DNA of 64,000 bases from Azolla caroliniana. Taxonomy: Eukaryota > Plantae > Polypodiophyta. Position numbers and translations under genes: made by a program. Every line of letters begins with the position of its first letter. Positions within the stretch are counted from its first letter, which is position 1. The stretch lies in the NCBI GenBank assembly GCA_043228905.1, contig JBHGNT010000013.1, positions 11,036,001 to 11,100,000 of the forward strand. Reading direction: 5' to 3'. Shown here piece by piece: positions 12,131-23,664 of the stretch. The notes under the pieces were generated by a model. The model saw nothing but the letters and a program-made list of their open reading frames with translations, searched no databases and was not told where the DNA came from.

Positions 12131-12457
12131 TGTTGAGATACAAGCTCAACATTGGTCGGATCAGTTGTGCAAGACGAGAACCGGATCGGTTGGGACCAAT
12201 CGGTTAGGCCGGACCAGTGCGTAAACCGGGTGCATAAACCGGTGCGCAACAACAAGCCGTAGCGGTGCGTAAACCGCAAGGCCGTTGGAAAGATATTCCG
12301 CGTAGGAATATATTTTGGGAGTTAGTGTAGAGCTCATTTATGAGCATTGAAGTATGTGTCACTACTTCTATCAATCCGTATGGACTTGTATAAAAATGCT
12401 CATTGAGCACATTCTATGTACAAACTGAGTATTATTTTTTAATAGAGTTGTGTGTAT

Positions 12458-12547
<90 letters not shown>

Positions 12548-12636
12548 GTGTACTGTGTATGTGTCCAAGCTCTCCATTAAACCTGTGTTTTCCTACGTTC
12601 TGCTTTTTGTTGCTTCCGCACGTTGTTCTTTTCACA
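12131..12636 (+). repeat. 5' LTR of the Copia, with a long (CT)n tract at 12461-12546
   Basis: Homologous to 23264-23664; followed by the iMet PBS. Confidence 0.92.
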
Positions 12637-14247
12637 TGGTATCAGAGCGGGAGGGTTGAGAACCTCTGCAACCGATCTTAGCTCAAGAAGAAAAACCTAA
12701 CCTTTGTAAAGAATAGGGAAAACAAAATGGATAGAGGCATGGCTTGTTCGCTTCCGACCGAGAAGCTCGACAGAAACAACTACGTGTCTTGGTCGTACAA
12801 GATGCACCAATACCTGCTTGGGCATGGATATTGGAGCTATGTCGACGGAGCAAATGACACAGCACCCGATTAGAGACACAAAGACTTCCCGGCTTGGGAA
12901 TAGTCGACAAGCAGAGTTCTCTATTGCTTCGCGTCTTGTGTGGGCGAACAGCTTTTGAGCTATATTCGGGATGCGAAAACGCCAAAGGATGCTTGGGGAA
13001 ATCTGAAAAAGATTTTTGCCGCAAGCACCACAGCCAGAAACCACCAACTCCGACAGGAGTTGAGCAACTTGCGACAATGTGATTTGTCAGTGGTTGATTA
13101 CACCTCGAAGATCAAAGATATATGTGACTCCTTAGCCTCCATCAATGTGAACGTCGAGGAAGGTGAGATGGTGTAGATCTGTCTCGAGGGACTGGCGTCG
13201 AAGTTCGGAGCGTTCCGAACTGCTGTGTTTACACAGGAGAATACGCCGTCATTTTTTGACCTACAGCCGATGCTCCTTATAGAGGAGAACCACGCGGGTG
13301 CGTCGACGAGTATGCACACTGATAGCAAGATGTTGTACACAGAAGGAGATAGGCCCTGTGGTCGTGGCGGACGAGGCGAGTCGGTGCGCAATGGAGGCGG
13401 CCGAGGGGATCAAGGAAGAAGGCACTGAAGTGATGTCGATAGCAATTTTGGACCCTCCGAAAATAGGGAGAGTCGAGGTGATGAGAACTGGCAAGGGAAA
13501 CCCGTCGCGGAATGCTGGTATTGTGGCAAGAAAGGTCACAAGGAGAGCGAGTGGTGGAAGAAGCATGCCGATTTGGAGAAAACCGGATCCGAATCCGGAC
13601 AAAGCAACAAAGGAAATCAGCAGCAATCGCACTATGCCGAAGGATCCGAAAAAGTCGGAAAGGGGGCAGCCTTCGTGACGAGACACGAGGCGAACTCGAT
13701 GAAGAAGAGCACCCCGAAATTGGAGGAGGTGTGGTACGTTGACTCCGACGCATCAAACCACATGAAGAGCCATAAGGAGTGGTTCTCATACCTGGAGAAA
13801 CCGATGCAACCAGGAGTAGTTGCAACAGGAGAAGACACTCCGCATCCGATCAAGAATGTCGTTGAAGCTCTCCTGAGCCATGTCGGGCAAAAAGGGAAAC
13901 TCATGAACGTGTTACACGTCCAAACAGTCACGAAGAATCTGGTGTCGGTCAGGCAGATCGTCGACCAAGGGATGCAAGTCTGGTTCACGCATCTCGGGTG
14001 CTTCATCGAGGAGGAAGGCCAAGTTATTGCGCAAGGGCGCAGAGACGGGAGGATGTTTATCCTCGACACCAATGACGTTGGCACCGCAATGTTTGCAAAA
14101 GGACAAAAAGTTGCGTCGGATATCGACTTGTGGCACAAGCGGATAGGCCACGTCAACTATCAAAGGCTTCAGGACTTGCAATCGAAACAAGTTGTGTTCG
14201 GATTGCCCAAATTCAGTGGCCGGAAGGCTCAAATTTGTGAAGCCTGC

Positions 14248-14380
14248 TGTCAGGAACTCTATTAAGGCAGAAAAGGAATTAGTACTAAAAGAAGGATTAG
14301 TACTATTGTTGGGGAATAGTACTAAGACAGAGAAGGATTAGTACTATGAGAGGTGTCGAACTTTGAGAGAAGGAATGAAT

Positions 14381-14424
<44 letters not shown>

Positions 14425-14710
14425 GCGAAAGATATATGTATTATATGAAGGAAGATATACAACAGTAGTTAGAAGGCTTAAGACTGGCGTTGAACCGATT
14501 TGGTTCGAACTAATGCCTTGCGCCTCCTTTTATAGTGTCTTCAGGAATACTCCTGAAGTTTCTAGAATGTTCCAGAGAAATCTGGAATATACATCAATTT
14601 CCCAATAAAACCTAAATGAAAATAATATCCTTCAAATTACAATTCATAACCTAATGGTAAAGTCTCGACCCGTGTAACAAAAGGTTATGGGTTCGAGTCT
14701 AGTTATGACA
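14248..14710 (-). repeat. 3' LTR of the Tcn1-like element
   Basis: TGTCA...TGACA termini; direct repeat of 19558-20010. Confidence 0.95.
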
Positions 14711-17700
14711 CTATCCCCCCTTTAAAACGACGAGTTCCACGAGTCGTTTTGGATTGAGGACCCGGTTTCTCGGGATATCGTCGATGGAAGTCTTCTAGAA
14801 GAGCACGAGCATTGGTCACATTCTCGATCGGTTCCCAAGTACGCTCGCTGGGACTATATCCTAGCCAATCGACTAGATAGTAGAGCTTGTTGCGAACAAT
14901 CTTGGAATCGAGGATGGCAGCGACCTCATACTCAGGTCCATCTTCGAGCTCGATAGGAGGTGGTGGTTGTATAGTACGTCCTGGGATAGTGCTCTCGTGA
15001 TAGGGTTCGAGGAGAGAACTATGAAACACCGGATGTATCCGAAGTTGCGGAGGTAGCTCGAGACGAAAAGCGACATCATTAATCTTCCCGATAATACGGA
15101 AAGGACCTAATCGCCGATAATCCAACTTCTCACATGGGCGAGTAGTCTTGATGTGTCGTCGTAGCAGCCACACCCGATCTCCAATGTTAAAACTGGATGG
15201 AAGTCGATGACGATCTGCGTAGTCCTTGTGTGATTGTTGAGCTTGCTGGAGTTGAGTAGATAAATCCGCTTGTATCTTGCGTAACCGCTCCAAACGATCC
15301 TCCGCGCAAGGATTTGTGGACACTTCTGGGGTTTCAAGGACACACCACCGGGGATGATATCCCGTATAAGCGTAGAATGGCGTGACCTTAGTCGATGCGT
15401 GGATAGCGTTATTATAGGCAAATTCGGCGAACTGAAGAATATCTGCCCAGTCATTCTGATGATAGTTGAGAAAGCACCGCAGATACTGCTCCAGTGTTTG
15501 ATTTGTTCGTTCGGCTTGACCGTCGGTTTGTGGGTGGTAGCCGGAGGAGAGGTTACAAGTGACCTTCAGCATTTTAAAAAGGTGCTTCCAGAATTTTGAC
15601 ACAAACTGGGGTCCACGATCGCTGATGATATTATCAGGGAGTCCATGATGCCGACATACTTCCCGCATGACAATTTCGGCGGTGTCTTCACTAGATATTT
15701 CTTTAGTACAAGGTAAGAAATGAGCCATCTTCGTATATCGATCCACCACTGTGAGAATCGCACTGAATCCCTTAGAGACTGGAAGATCTGTAATGAAGTC
15801 AAGAGCAATGGATTGCCATGGCTTGCTTGGAATTGGTAATGGTTCTAATAAACCATATGGATGATGTCTTGGCATTTTCGCTCTGCAGCATGTATCGCAA
15901 GTCCGAACAAAATCTTCGACAAATTGTCGCATACGGGGCCACCAGAATGATCGTTGTACTAAATCTAATGTTTTAGTACTACCAAAATGTCCTGCTGTAT
16001 ATGTGTCATGGCAATTTTGTACTACTCGAAGGCGGCAAGAACCATTAGGAACATACAAAAGTTCTTTAAAGAAGAGTAATCCATCACAGTATTTGAATTG
16101 CCGATAATCCGTACCTGGTGATTGCGATTGTGAACATGACGCTCGAGAGGGGTCAATTTGTGCTAGTATAGCTTGGGCGAAAGCGTCAGTCTTCAAGTCC
16201 TCACGCATAGTATTGGTAATGTCGGAATCCACGGGCATGTCAAAGACCTGTGCTGCTTGCAGTCGTGCTGGACCCAAGATTACTTGCTTCTGGTTATCGA
16301 AAGCTGGCTCACCGGGACGTGGTGTTAGATACGAACGCCGTGATAATGCATCTGCCTTCCCTTGGTGCTTCCCCGGACGATATGTAATTTTGAAGTCGAA
16401 GCGTGTGAGGAAGTGGGCCCACCGAGCTTGACGTCGATTCAGTACACGAGCATCTTGAAAGTAGGCAAGGTTCTTGTGGTCACTGAATACAGTGACCTGA
16501 TGAGGAGATCCCTCCAGGAAATGCCTCCATTGCATAAAAGAATCAACTATTGCTAATAGCTCTTTATCATGAATTTCGTAGTTGATTTCGGCGGCGTCAA
16601 ACTTACGGGAGTGGAAAGCCACAGGATGTAGCTTCTCGTCGTTACCCTGTTGTGACAGAATGCTCCCCAATGCGAAATCCGATGCGTCAGCTTCGATAAT
16701 GAATGGTTTTTCCGGATCCACATGACCTAAAATTGGAGCTGATGTAAACGCCTTCTTAAGACTCTCGAAAGCCATGTCCGTCTCTTTAGACCAAATGAAT
16801 GATTGTCCCTTCCTGGTGAGTTGTGTGAGAGGCAGCACAATTTTTGAGTAATTTTGTATGAACTTCCGGTAAAAATTTGCAAAGCCTAGGAAGCATTGCA
16901 CATCCCGCACCGAACGCGGAGTGTGCCATTCTATCACCGTTTTGACCTTGGCTGGGTCCATAGATATGCCTTCTGAGGAGATGACATAGCCGAGAAATTC
17001 CACTTGGTTGCACCCGAAACTACATTTCTCTAACTTTGCATACAGACCATGTTCTCGAAGTCGTTTTAGTACTAATAGTACATGAGAATCATGTTCTTCT
17101 TGGGTCTTTGAATAAACCAGTAGATCATCCAAATAGATGATCAAAAAATCATCCAAGAGATCTCGAAATATATCATTCGCCATGTGCTGGAAGACTGCCG
17201 GCGCATTAGTGAGTCCGAACGGCATGACCGTATACTCGAAGTGCCCATATCTGGTGCGAAACGCGGTCTTCCATTCATCTCCTGGTCGGATCCGTACGAG
17301 GTTATAGGCTCCTCGTAAGTCGATCTTCGTGAAGAACCTGGCACCGTTGATCCGTTCTAAAAGACTTGAGATAAGGGGAAGAGCATACCTATTTCTTACT
17401 GTGACCTTATTCAAGCCACGGTAATCTACAACGAGTCGAAGCGAGCCATCTTTTTTCTTGACGAAGAAAATGGGTGCGCCGGCTGGAGATTTCGAATGCC
17501 GAATGAAACCGTTCTCCAAATTCTCCTCTATATAGGCTCGAAGGACTTCTAGCTCGGTTGGTGACAAATTGTAGATCGGCCCCCATGGCGGCTCTTTTCC
17601 CGGTTGTAAGTCGATGGCGCAATCGTACGGCCGATGATGAGGAAGTGTGTTGGCTTGTACTTTATCGAACACATCAGCATACTGACGATACTTCTCGGGA

Positions 17701-18292
17701 AGTTGAACGGTGGACTCCTCTTTGGTGGTGCTGGAGGGTTGTACTGATATTGCGAAGAGAAACATTTCCTCCTTGCGCCCTTCCTCACGCAACTGACGTA
17801 GCGAAATGGTTGCAACCTTCTGGGTAGGTCCTTGGGTTTGTCGCAACCGGATTTCCCTTGTCCTCCAATCTATGTCTGGGTTATGTAACTCGAACCATGG
17901 TAATCCTAAAACTATGGGATGTTCTGGAATACTAATAATATTAAATGATACTACACATGTTAAGTTATCTAGGACAATATTAACGGGTTCCGACTCTTCT
18001 ATGATATTACCAGAAGCAATGGGACGACCATCAATGACTACTACTGAGGCTGGACATGGGAGCTTTCTGAGAGATATCTGATGAGCTCGGGCAAAATTCC
18101 TATCCATGAAGCAAGAATTAGCTCCGGAATCTAGAAGGGCTAAGGTATGTACTGGAGGGGTACTTTTAGTACTAACTGCTACTTGGGCTACGAACACATC
18201 ACTAACTTGCTTAGAGGGAATGGAACCACTAATGGGCTGCACAGATCTAGGGCTGTCCAACCAAACGGCTCCTATTTTGGCTGGACTTAGTC
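14703..18292 (-). CDS. pol: Pol of the Tcn1-like element (PR, RT, RNase H, integrase, chromodomain), reached by -1 frameshift
   Basis: ALLDSGA; GDEWKTAFRT; IYLDDLL; EADASDFALG; NYEIHDKELLA; SDRGPQF; chromodomain YEVAAILDSK...YYLVDWLGY...TWEP. The frame is open upstream of 18260 back to the slippery site. Confidence 0.95.
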
Positions 18293-18299
18293 GTTTAAC
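18255..18299 (-). promoter_or_regulatory. -1 ribosomal frameshift signal (G UUA AAC, 6-nt spacer, 11-bp stem-loop)
   Basis: Minus strand GTTAAAC-GACTAA-GTCCAGCCAAA-ATAGGAGCCG-TTTGGTTGGAC. A -1 shift joins gag to the pol frame. Confidence 0.8.
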
Positions 18300-19456
18300 T
18301 CTTCTTCTAATTGGCTAAGGACATCAAATTTGTTTGCGAGATTCGGACTATTAGTACTATTAGGACTATTATGACTATGAGGACTATCAGAGATTCCTAC
18401 TGAAATAGACTCGGGTTTAGTATAGTCAGAACTAACAACGACTTGGTTTACCTGCCTTCTTGGTCTATGGGGACAGTTTATCGCGATATGCCCTGGTCCA
18501 CCGCAATAAAGGCATAATCGGTTTGTTCGGCGTCGTTGCTTTTCCTCCTCCGATAGCGGCCCACGACGACGTGTAGTGTCAATTTCCATTGGAGTTGGAG
18601 TACTTACTGGAGGCGCATTATGTGACTCCCTTTGAAAAGGTTTTGCTACCACTGAGGCATAGGTAGGCTCGGATCTTGCCCTCGGCATCTGAAATTGTCG
18701 TTCCGAACGTCGCTCGAAGAGGCGGTTGTCACATCTGACCGCTCGACTGATTGCTTCTGTTAATGATTTTGGCTCTTCAGGGAAAGTCAAGAGTAAATCC
18801 TTGACATCGTTGCGTAGACCATAGCGGAACTGCTCCATCAATGCTTGATCATCCCAGGGGATATCGGCGGCGAGTAGGCGGAAATCTGCAGCATATGCGG
18901 AGGCTGGACGGTCACCTTGGCGTAATCGCCGGATTTTGTTGATTGCAGTCCTTATGCTGTCAGTATCTCCAAAACATGCTTTAAACTCACTTATGAATTC
19001 TTCAAAATTATTTAGTACTGGAGATTCCTTTTCTACTGGCGGAGCGAACCATGCTAATGCTGAGCCATTTAACAACGTGCCTACTAAACCCACTCGTGAT
19101 GCATCGGTGGGATATCGGGACGGATGCATTTGAATAACTAACCGTACCTGGTTAAGAAACCCTCTAAACTGCGATCGCGTTCCATCGAACTTCGTGGGAA
19201 GGCCAATCTTGGGTTCTTTATGAATCCCTTGTGCTCCGTGCCCTTGTTGTTGCATTGCTACGATGGTTGCTTCGAGTTGTTGCACGCGTAACGCAAGTTC
19301 CCCATGCTGTTGTTGCGTTTGCTGCTTTTCTAAGGAAATTTGCTGAAGATCCCCCAACAAGCGTTGATTTTCTTGTTCCAAAGCATGAAACTTCTCTTTC
19401 AAGCATTGAAATTCCGAGAAAACGGATTGATACTCTTCAGCGCTAACGGTGGCCAT
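18287..19456 (-). CDS. gag: Gag of the Tcn1-like element, 389 aa
   Basis: N-terminal coiled coil, PTKFDGTRSQFRGFL, LRQGDRPASAYAADFR, PTPMEID and CLYCGGPGHIAINC; sushi/PEG10-like Gag. Confidence 0.94.
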   Translation of the reverse strand: MATVSAEEYQSVFSEFQCLKEKFHALEQENQRLLGDLQQISLEKQQTQQQHGELALRVQQLEATIVAMQQQGHGAQGIHKEPKIGLPTKFDGTRSQFRGFLNQVRLVIQMHPSRYPTDASRVGLVGTLLNGSALAWFAPPVEKESPVLNNFEEFISEFKACFGDTDSIRTAINKIRRLRQGDRPASAYAADFRLLAADIPWDDQALMEQFRYGLRNDVKDLLLTFPEEPKSLTEAISRAVRCDNRLFERRSERQFQMPRARSEPTYASVVAKPFQRESHNAPPVSTPTPMEIDTTRRRGPLSEEEKQRRRTNRLCLYCGGPGHIAINCPHRPRRQVNQVVVSSDYTKPESISVGISDSPHSHNSPNSTNSPNLANKFDVLSQLEEELND

Positions 19457-19543
19457 GGGATGAAGGAAAAGGGAAATAAGAGACTAGTAGGAAAGGAGGG
19501 AGACAGAAGGAAGAGGGAGAGAAAAGACCAGACAGGCGCCCCA

Positions 19544-19555
19544 AAATCGGTTCAA
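19544..19555 (-). promoter_or_regulatory. Self-priming PBS (TTGAACCGATTT)
   Basis: Lies 2 nt from the LTR end and is the exact reverse complement of AAATCGGTTCAA at 19801-19790, which starts 33 nt after the TATA box. Confidence 0.85.
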
Positions 19556-19557
19556 AC

Positions 19558-20010
19558 TGTCAGGAACTCTATTAAGGCAGAAAAGGAATTAGTACTAAAA
19601 GAAGGATTAGTACTATTGTTGGGGAATAGTACTAAGACAGAGAAGGATTAGTACTATGAGAGGTGTCGAACTTTGAGAGAAGGAATGAATGAGTGAGAGA
19701 GAGAGAGAGAGAGAGAGAGATGATGCGAAAGATATATGTATTATATGAAGGAAGATATACAACAGTAGTTAGAAGGCTTAAGACTGGCGTTGAACCGATT
19801 TGGTTCGAACTAATGCCTTGCGCCTCCTTTTATAGTGTCTTCAGGAATACTCCTGAAGTTTCTAGAATGTTCCAGAGAAATCTGGAATATACATCAATTT
19901 CCCAATAAAACCTAAATGAAAATAATATCCTTCAAATTACAATTCATAACCTAATGGTAAAGTCTCGACCCGTGTAACAAAAGGTTATGGGTTCGAGTCT
20001 AGTTATGACA
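19558..20010 (-). repeat. 5' LTR of the Tcn1-like element
   Basis: Direct repeat of 14248-14710; minus-strand TATAAAAGG at 19834-19826. Confidence 0.95.
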
Positions 20011-23000
20011 CCTGCCAGCTAGGGAAGCAACACCGACTTCCTTTCCCCAACGAGTGTAACCGGAGCCGGAACAAGCTCGACTTGACACATTCAGATGTAT
20101 GGGGGCCGGCACAGAACGTTAGTCTTGGCGGGAGTCGATATTTTGTCTCCTTCATCGACGACTACACGCGGCACACGTGGATCTATCTCATTGAAAAGAA
20201 GAGTGAAGTCTTCGACTGTTTTCGGGACCTCAAAAGCTTCTTAGAAAGGGAAACAGGGAGGAAGATCAAGTGCCTACAGTCGGATGGCGGAAAAGAGTAC
20301 TTTTCCGACCAATTCAATAGTTATCTGCGACAAATGGGAATTCGGCGCGAATTCAGTTGCAGGTATATGCCGGAGCAAAACGGCGTAGCTAAAAGGAAAA
20401 ATCGGCCGGTTGTGGAAGCAGCGTGGGCAATGTTGGAAGAAAAGAGCTTGCCCAAATTCTATTGGGCCGAAGCGGTACGAACCGCGGTCTACATCCAGAA
20501 TCAGATCAGAGACAAAGTGTCTGCGCATGAACTGTATTTCGAAAGAAAGCTGAATCTACGACACTTGAGAGTCTTCGGTAGAATTGCGTATGTGCATGTG
20601 CCGAAGGTTGGATGCGAAATCCAAGAAGTGTATCTTGGTCAGCTATTCGGACGAATAGAAGGGTTATAAGTGTTATAACCCCTGAACCAAACAAGCTCAC
20701 ATGAGCCGCGATGTTGTGTTTGACGAGTCCGCGTCCTGGTACTTGCCTCCGACTCCGGATCTCCGGAACCGAGTTCTGACGATGAGGTCAGCGACGCTGA
20801 AATGCCTCTGGATGACCGCGAATTCAAGACCCTTGATGAGAGTTCGCTTTCATTTCGGCTAAGTGGACCGAACGAGCGACTGGGTTGGTTTGATCAGTCC
20901 GAAGAAGAGTCGGCGAGTAGTGGAGACTCGGTCGTGCATTTCCCATGCAGGAAGCCGAGGAGATGGCTTACGCGCAAGGCAAAAGGGAAGAAGAAGATGC
21001 CGGAGTATGGCACGGATAAGGGCGAGTTGGATCGATGCGAATCCGACTCCGAGAAGAGCGATGATGGGCCTTCAAGAGCAAAGTCCGCGTCAGCCAATAA
21101 AGCCTCAACATCGGCTAATGGGCAGTTACGCCGATCTACCCACCAGAAGAACCTTGTTGTGCGGTTCGGATACAACAAGTACATGACGCATCACTATGCA
21201 TACATGACGCGTGTAGCGGAAGTGCGTGAGCCAGGGAGCTACGCAAAAGTGGCAAAGGACGCAAATTGGCGTGCAGCAATGGAGGAAGAGATGCACGCAT
21301 TGGCAGAGAATGAAACCTGGGACCTCGTTGCTGCACCGAGGGTGTGAAGCCGATCAGATGTAGGTGGGTGTACAAGATCAAGTACAACACCGACAGCTCG
21401 GTCCACCACTACAAGGCCCGGTTAGTAGCGAAAGGCTACATGCAAAAGCACGGCGTGGACTACGAAGAGACCTTTGCGCCTGTCACGAAGATGACTACCG
21501 TGTGCGTTCTACTAGCCGTAGCAGCGACAAAGGGGTGGCATTTACATCAGATGGATGTCAAGAATGCATTCTTGCAAGGCGAGCTTGAGGAACAGGTGTA
21601 CATGGTACAGCTCCCCAGATTTCACTCTGGGATGAACACCTCGGCGGTTTGCCGGTTGAAGAAGTCCCTTTATGGACTAAAGCAAGCCTAGCGTGCTTGG
21701 GCCGTGAAAATCACACAACGATTATGTCGGATGGGATTTGCAACGTCCAAATCGGACTCCTCACTGTTCATTCGGCAAGGTCAACTCGGGCCAGTTAGTA
21801 TTTTACTTTATGTTGATGACTTGGTCATCATCGGCGTTGACCTAGGAAAAATTGATTGCGTAAAGGTCTAGCTCGCGGCATCATGTGACATGAAGGACCT
21901 AGGGGACCTTCATTACTTCCTCAGGATCGAAGTGATCCGTACCCCCGAAGGCATACTGATCAGCCAACGGCATTACATGCTGGGTATGCTCTTCAAGTTT
22001 GGGATGGCAGATTGTAAGTCTGTCTCGACTCCTTTGGATAGAACCATCAAGCTTCGCCCCGACTCTGGAAAGGTTTGCGACCCAAAGAGGTTCCAATAGA
22101 TTGTCAAAAGCTTCATCTACTTGACTATCACTCGACCAAACCTCAATTACCCGGTCGGTGTGATTAGTCAGTTCATGGCGCGACCAACCGAGGAGCACCT
22201 TCAATGCGCACAACGCATACTCTGGTATGTTAGTGCCACTAAGGACCGAGGGCTACTATATCGGACCGATATTGCTGCGCAGTTAGTCGATTACACTGAT
22301 GCTGATTGGGCCGGAAATGCCGGCGATCGCCGATCCACATCCGGATTCGCGTTCTCTCTTGGGAGCATTGCGATCGCGTGGAGTAGCAAGAAGCAAACGA
22401 CAATTGCACTGTCGAGCACCGAAGTCGAGTATAGAGGAGCGGTTGTTGCCACATGCGAAGCCATTTGGCTGAAACGGCTAGTTAAGGATCTGCAGGTGGA
22501 GATGTCTGATCCGATGACGATCTATTACGACAATCTCACCTACATCCATGTAGCGAAGAACCCTGTCTTCCACGCTTGGACTACGCACATTGAGGTGCAC
22601 TACCACTTTGTCTGCGAGCGTGTCCTCTCCGGTGAAGTCGAACTTCAGTATGTTCCGACGGATCGGCAAACCACCGACATCTTCACCAAGCCCCTTGGTC
22701 TCGACAAGTTGCGGCAACTCTCAGGTGCGCTTGGGTTGCGACACCTTGATGTGCCGAACTTGAGGGGGAGAGAAGTCCTGGAAGTCCCAGAAGACCACGG
22801 AAGGGAGTAGGAAAAGAGCGGAAGAGACCGTGATGCCGAGTCGGATGACAAATTCGATTTCGGATCGGTTGAAGAAGCCGATGGCGGATCCGCGAAAGAG
22901 TTCAAAAGCGAACGTGAGGGCAGCAGTCGAAAGAAAGAGCCGAAGCCAGCCAAGCATGGGGGAGATGAAGCCAACTTGGATGAGAGCGAAAACCGATCGG

Positions 23001-23263
23001 AGGAAGCCGATTCGGTTCGGATATTTGATTCGGAAACGCTGAATCAACCGAGGGCCAAGCGGAAGATAGGGTAGTCGAAGAGGCTCTAACACCGCGATAG
23101 CAACGGAGCTGAGAATGGCTGCACGAGCACACACGGTACCCGGAAGGGTCGAGGCGTGCAGAATCGAACAGGTCGAGGAGCGCGAGCGAGGCGTGAAGCT
23201 AGAAGAAACCGAAGCAGTGATCCGAAAGAACCAGAAGAGCCTCAAGTTGAGCTTGAGGGGGAG

Positions 23264-23664
23264 TGTTGAGATACAAGCTCAACATTGGCCAGATCGACTG
23301 TGCAAGCCGAGAACCCGATCGGTTAGGCCGGACCGGTGCGTAAACCGGTGCGCAACAAGAATTTGTAGCAATGCGTAAACCGCAAGGCCGTAGGAATATA
23401 TTTTAGGAGTTAGTGTAGAGCTCATTTATGAGCATTGAAGTACATGTCAGTACTTTTCTCAGTCTGTATGGACTTGTATAAAAGTGCTCACGGAGCACAT
23501 TCTATGTACAGACTAAGTATTATTTTTTAATAGAGTTGTGTGTATTGACTCTCTCTCTCTCTCTCTATCTCTTTCGCGTACTATGTATGTGTCCAAGCTC
23601 TCCATTAAACCTGTCTTTTCCTACGTTCTACTTTCTGTTGCTTCCGCACGTTGTTCTTTTCACA
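23264..23664 (+). repeat. 3' LTR of the Copia
   Basis: Homologous to 12131-12636; preceded by the PPT. Confidence 0.92.

Larger units (their letters stand above)
14248..20010 (-). mobile_element. Intact Tcn1-like (Tf1/sushi-group) chromovirus, recent insertion
   Basis: LTRs at 14248-14710 and 19558-20010 look identical except for (GA)n length. TSD CCTGC (14243-14247 / 20011-20015). PPT AAAGGGGGGA. Separate gag and pol ORFs; no tRNA-type PBS. Confidence 0.95.
12727..22810 (+). pseudogene. gag-pol: Copia gag-pol pseudogene (12727-14247 and 20016-22810)
   Basis: KLDRNNYVSWS; WYVDSDASNHM; LWHKRIGH...CEAC|QLGK; HSDVWGP; YKARLVAKG; [11 protein letters not shown]; YTDADWAG; HIEVHYHF. Multiple stops and frameshifts. 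Confidence 0.92.
12131..23664 (+). mobile_element. Full-length but decayed Ty1/Copia element containing a nested Gypsy
   Basis: Diverged LTRs at 12131-12636 and 23264-23664 (TGTTGAGATAC...TTTCACA). TSD ATACA. PBS TGGTATCAGAGC at 12637-12648. PPT GAGGGGGAG at 23255-23263. Confidence 0.95.

Noticed and set aside
12371-12681. RE/SL-repeat ORFs
   Set aside because: These are translations of the (CT)n microsatellite in an LTR.
14644-14708. Functional tRNA gene
   Set aside because: There is no proper anticodon or T stem; kept only as a tRNA-like box module.
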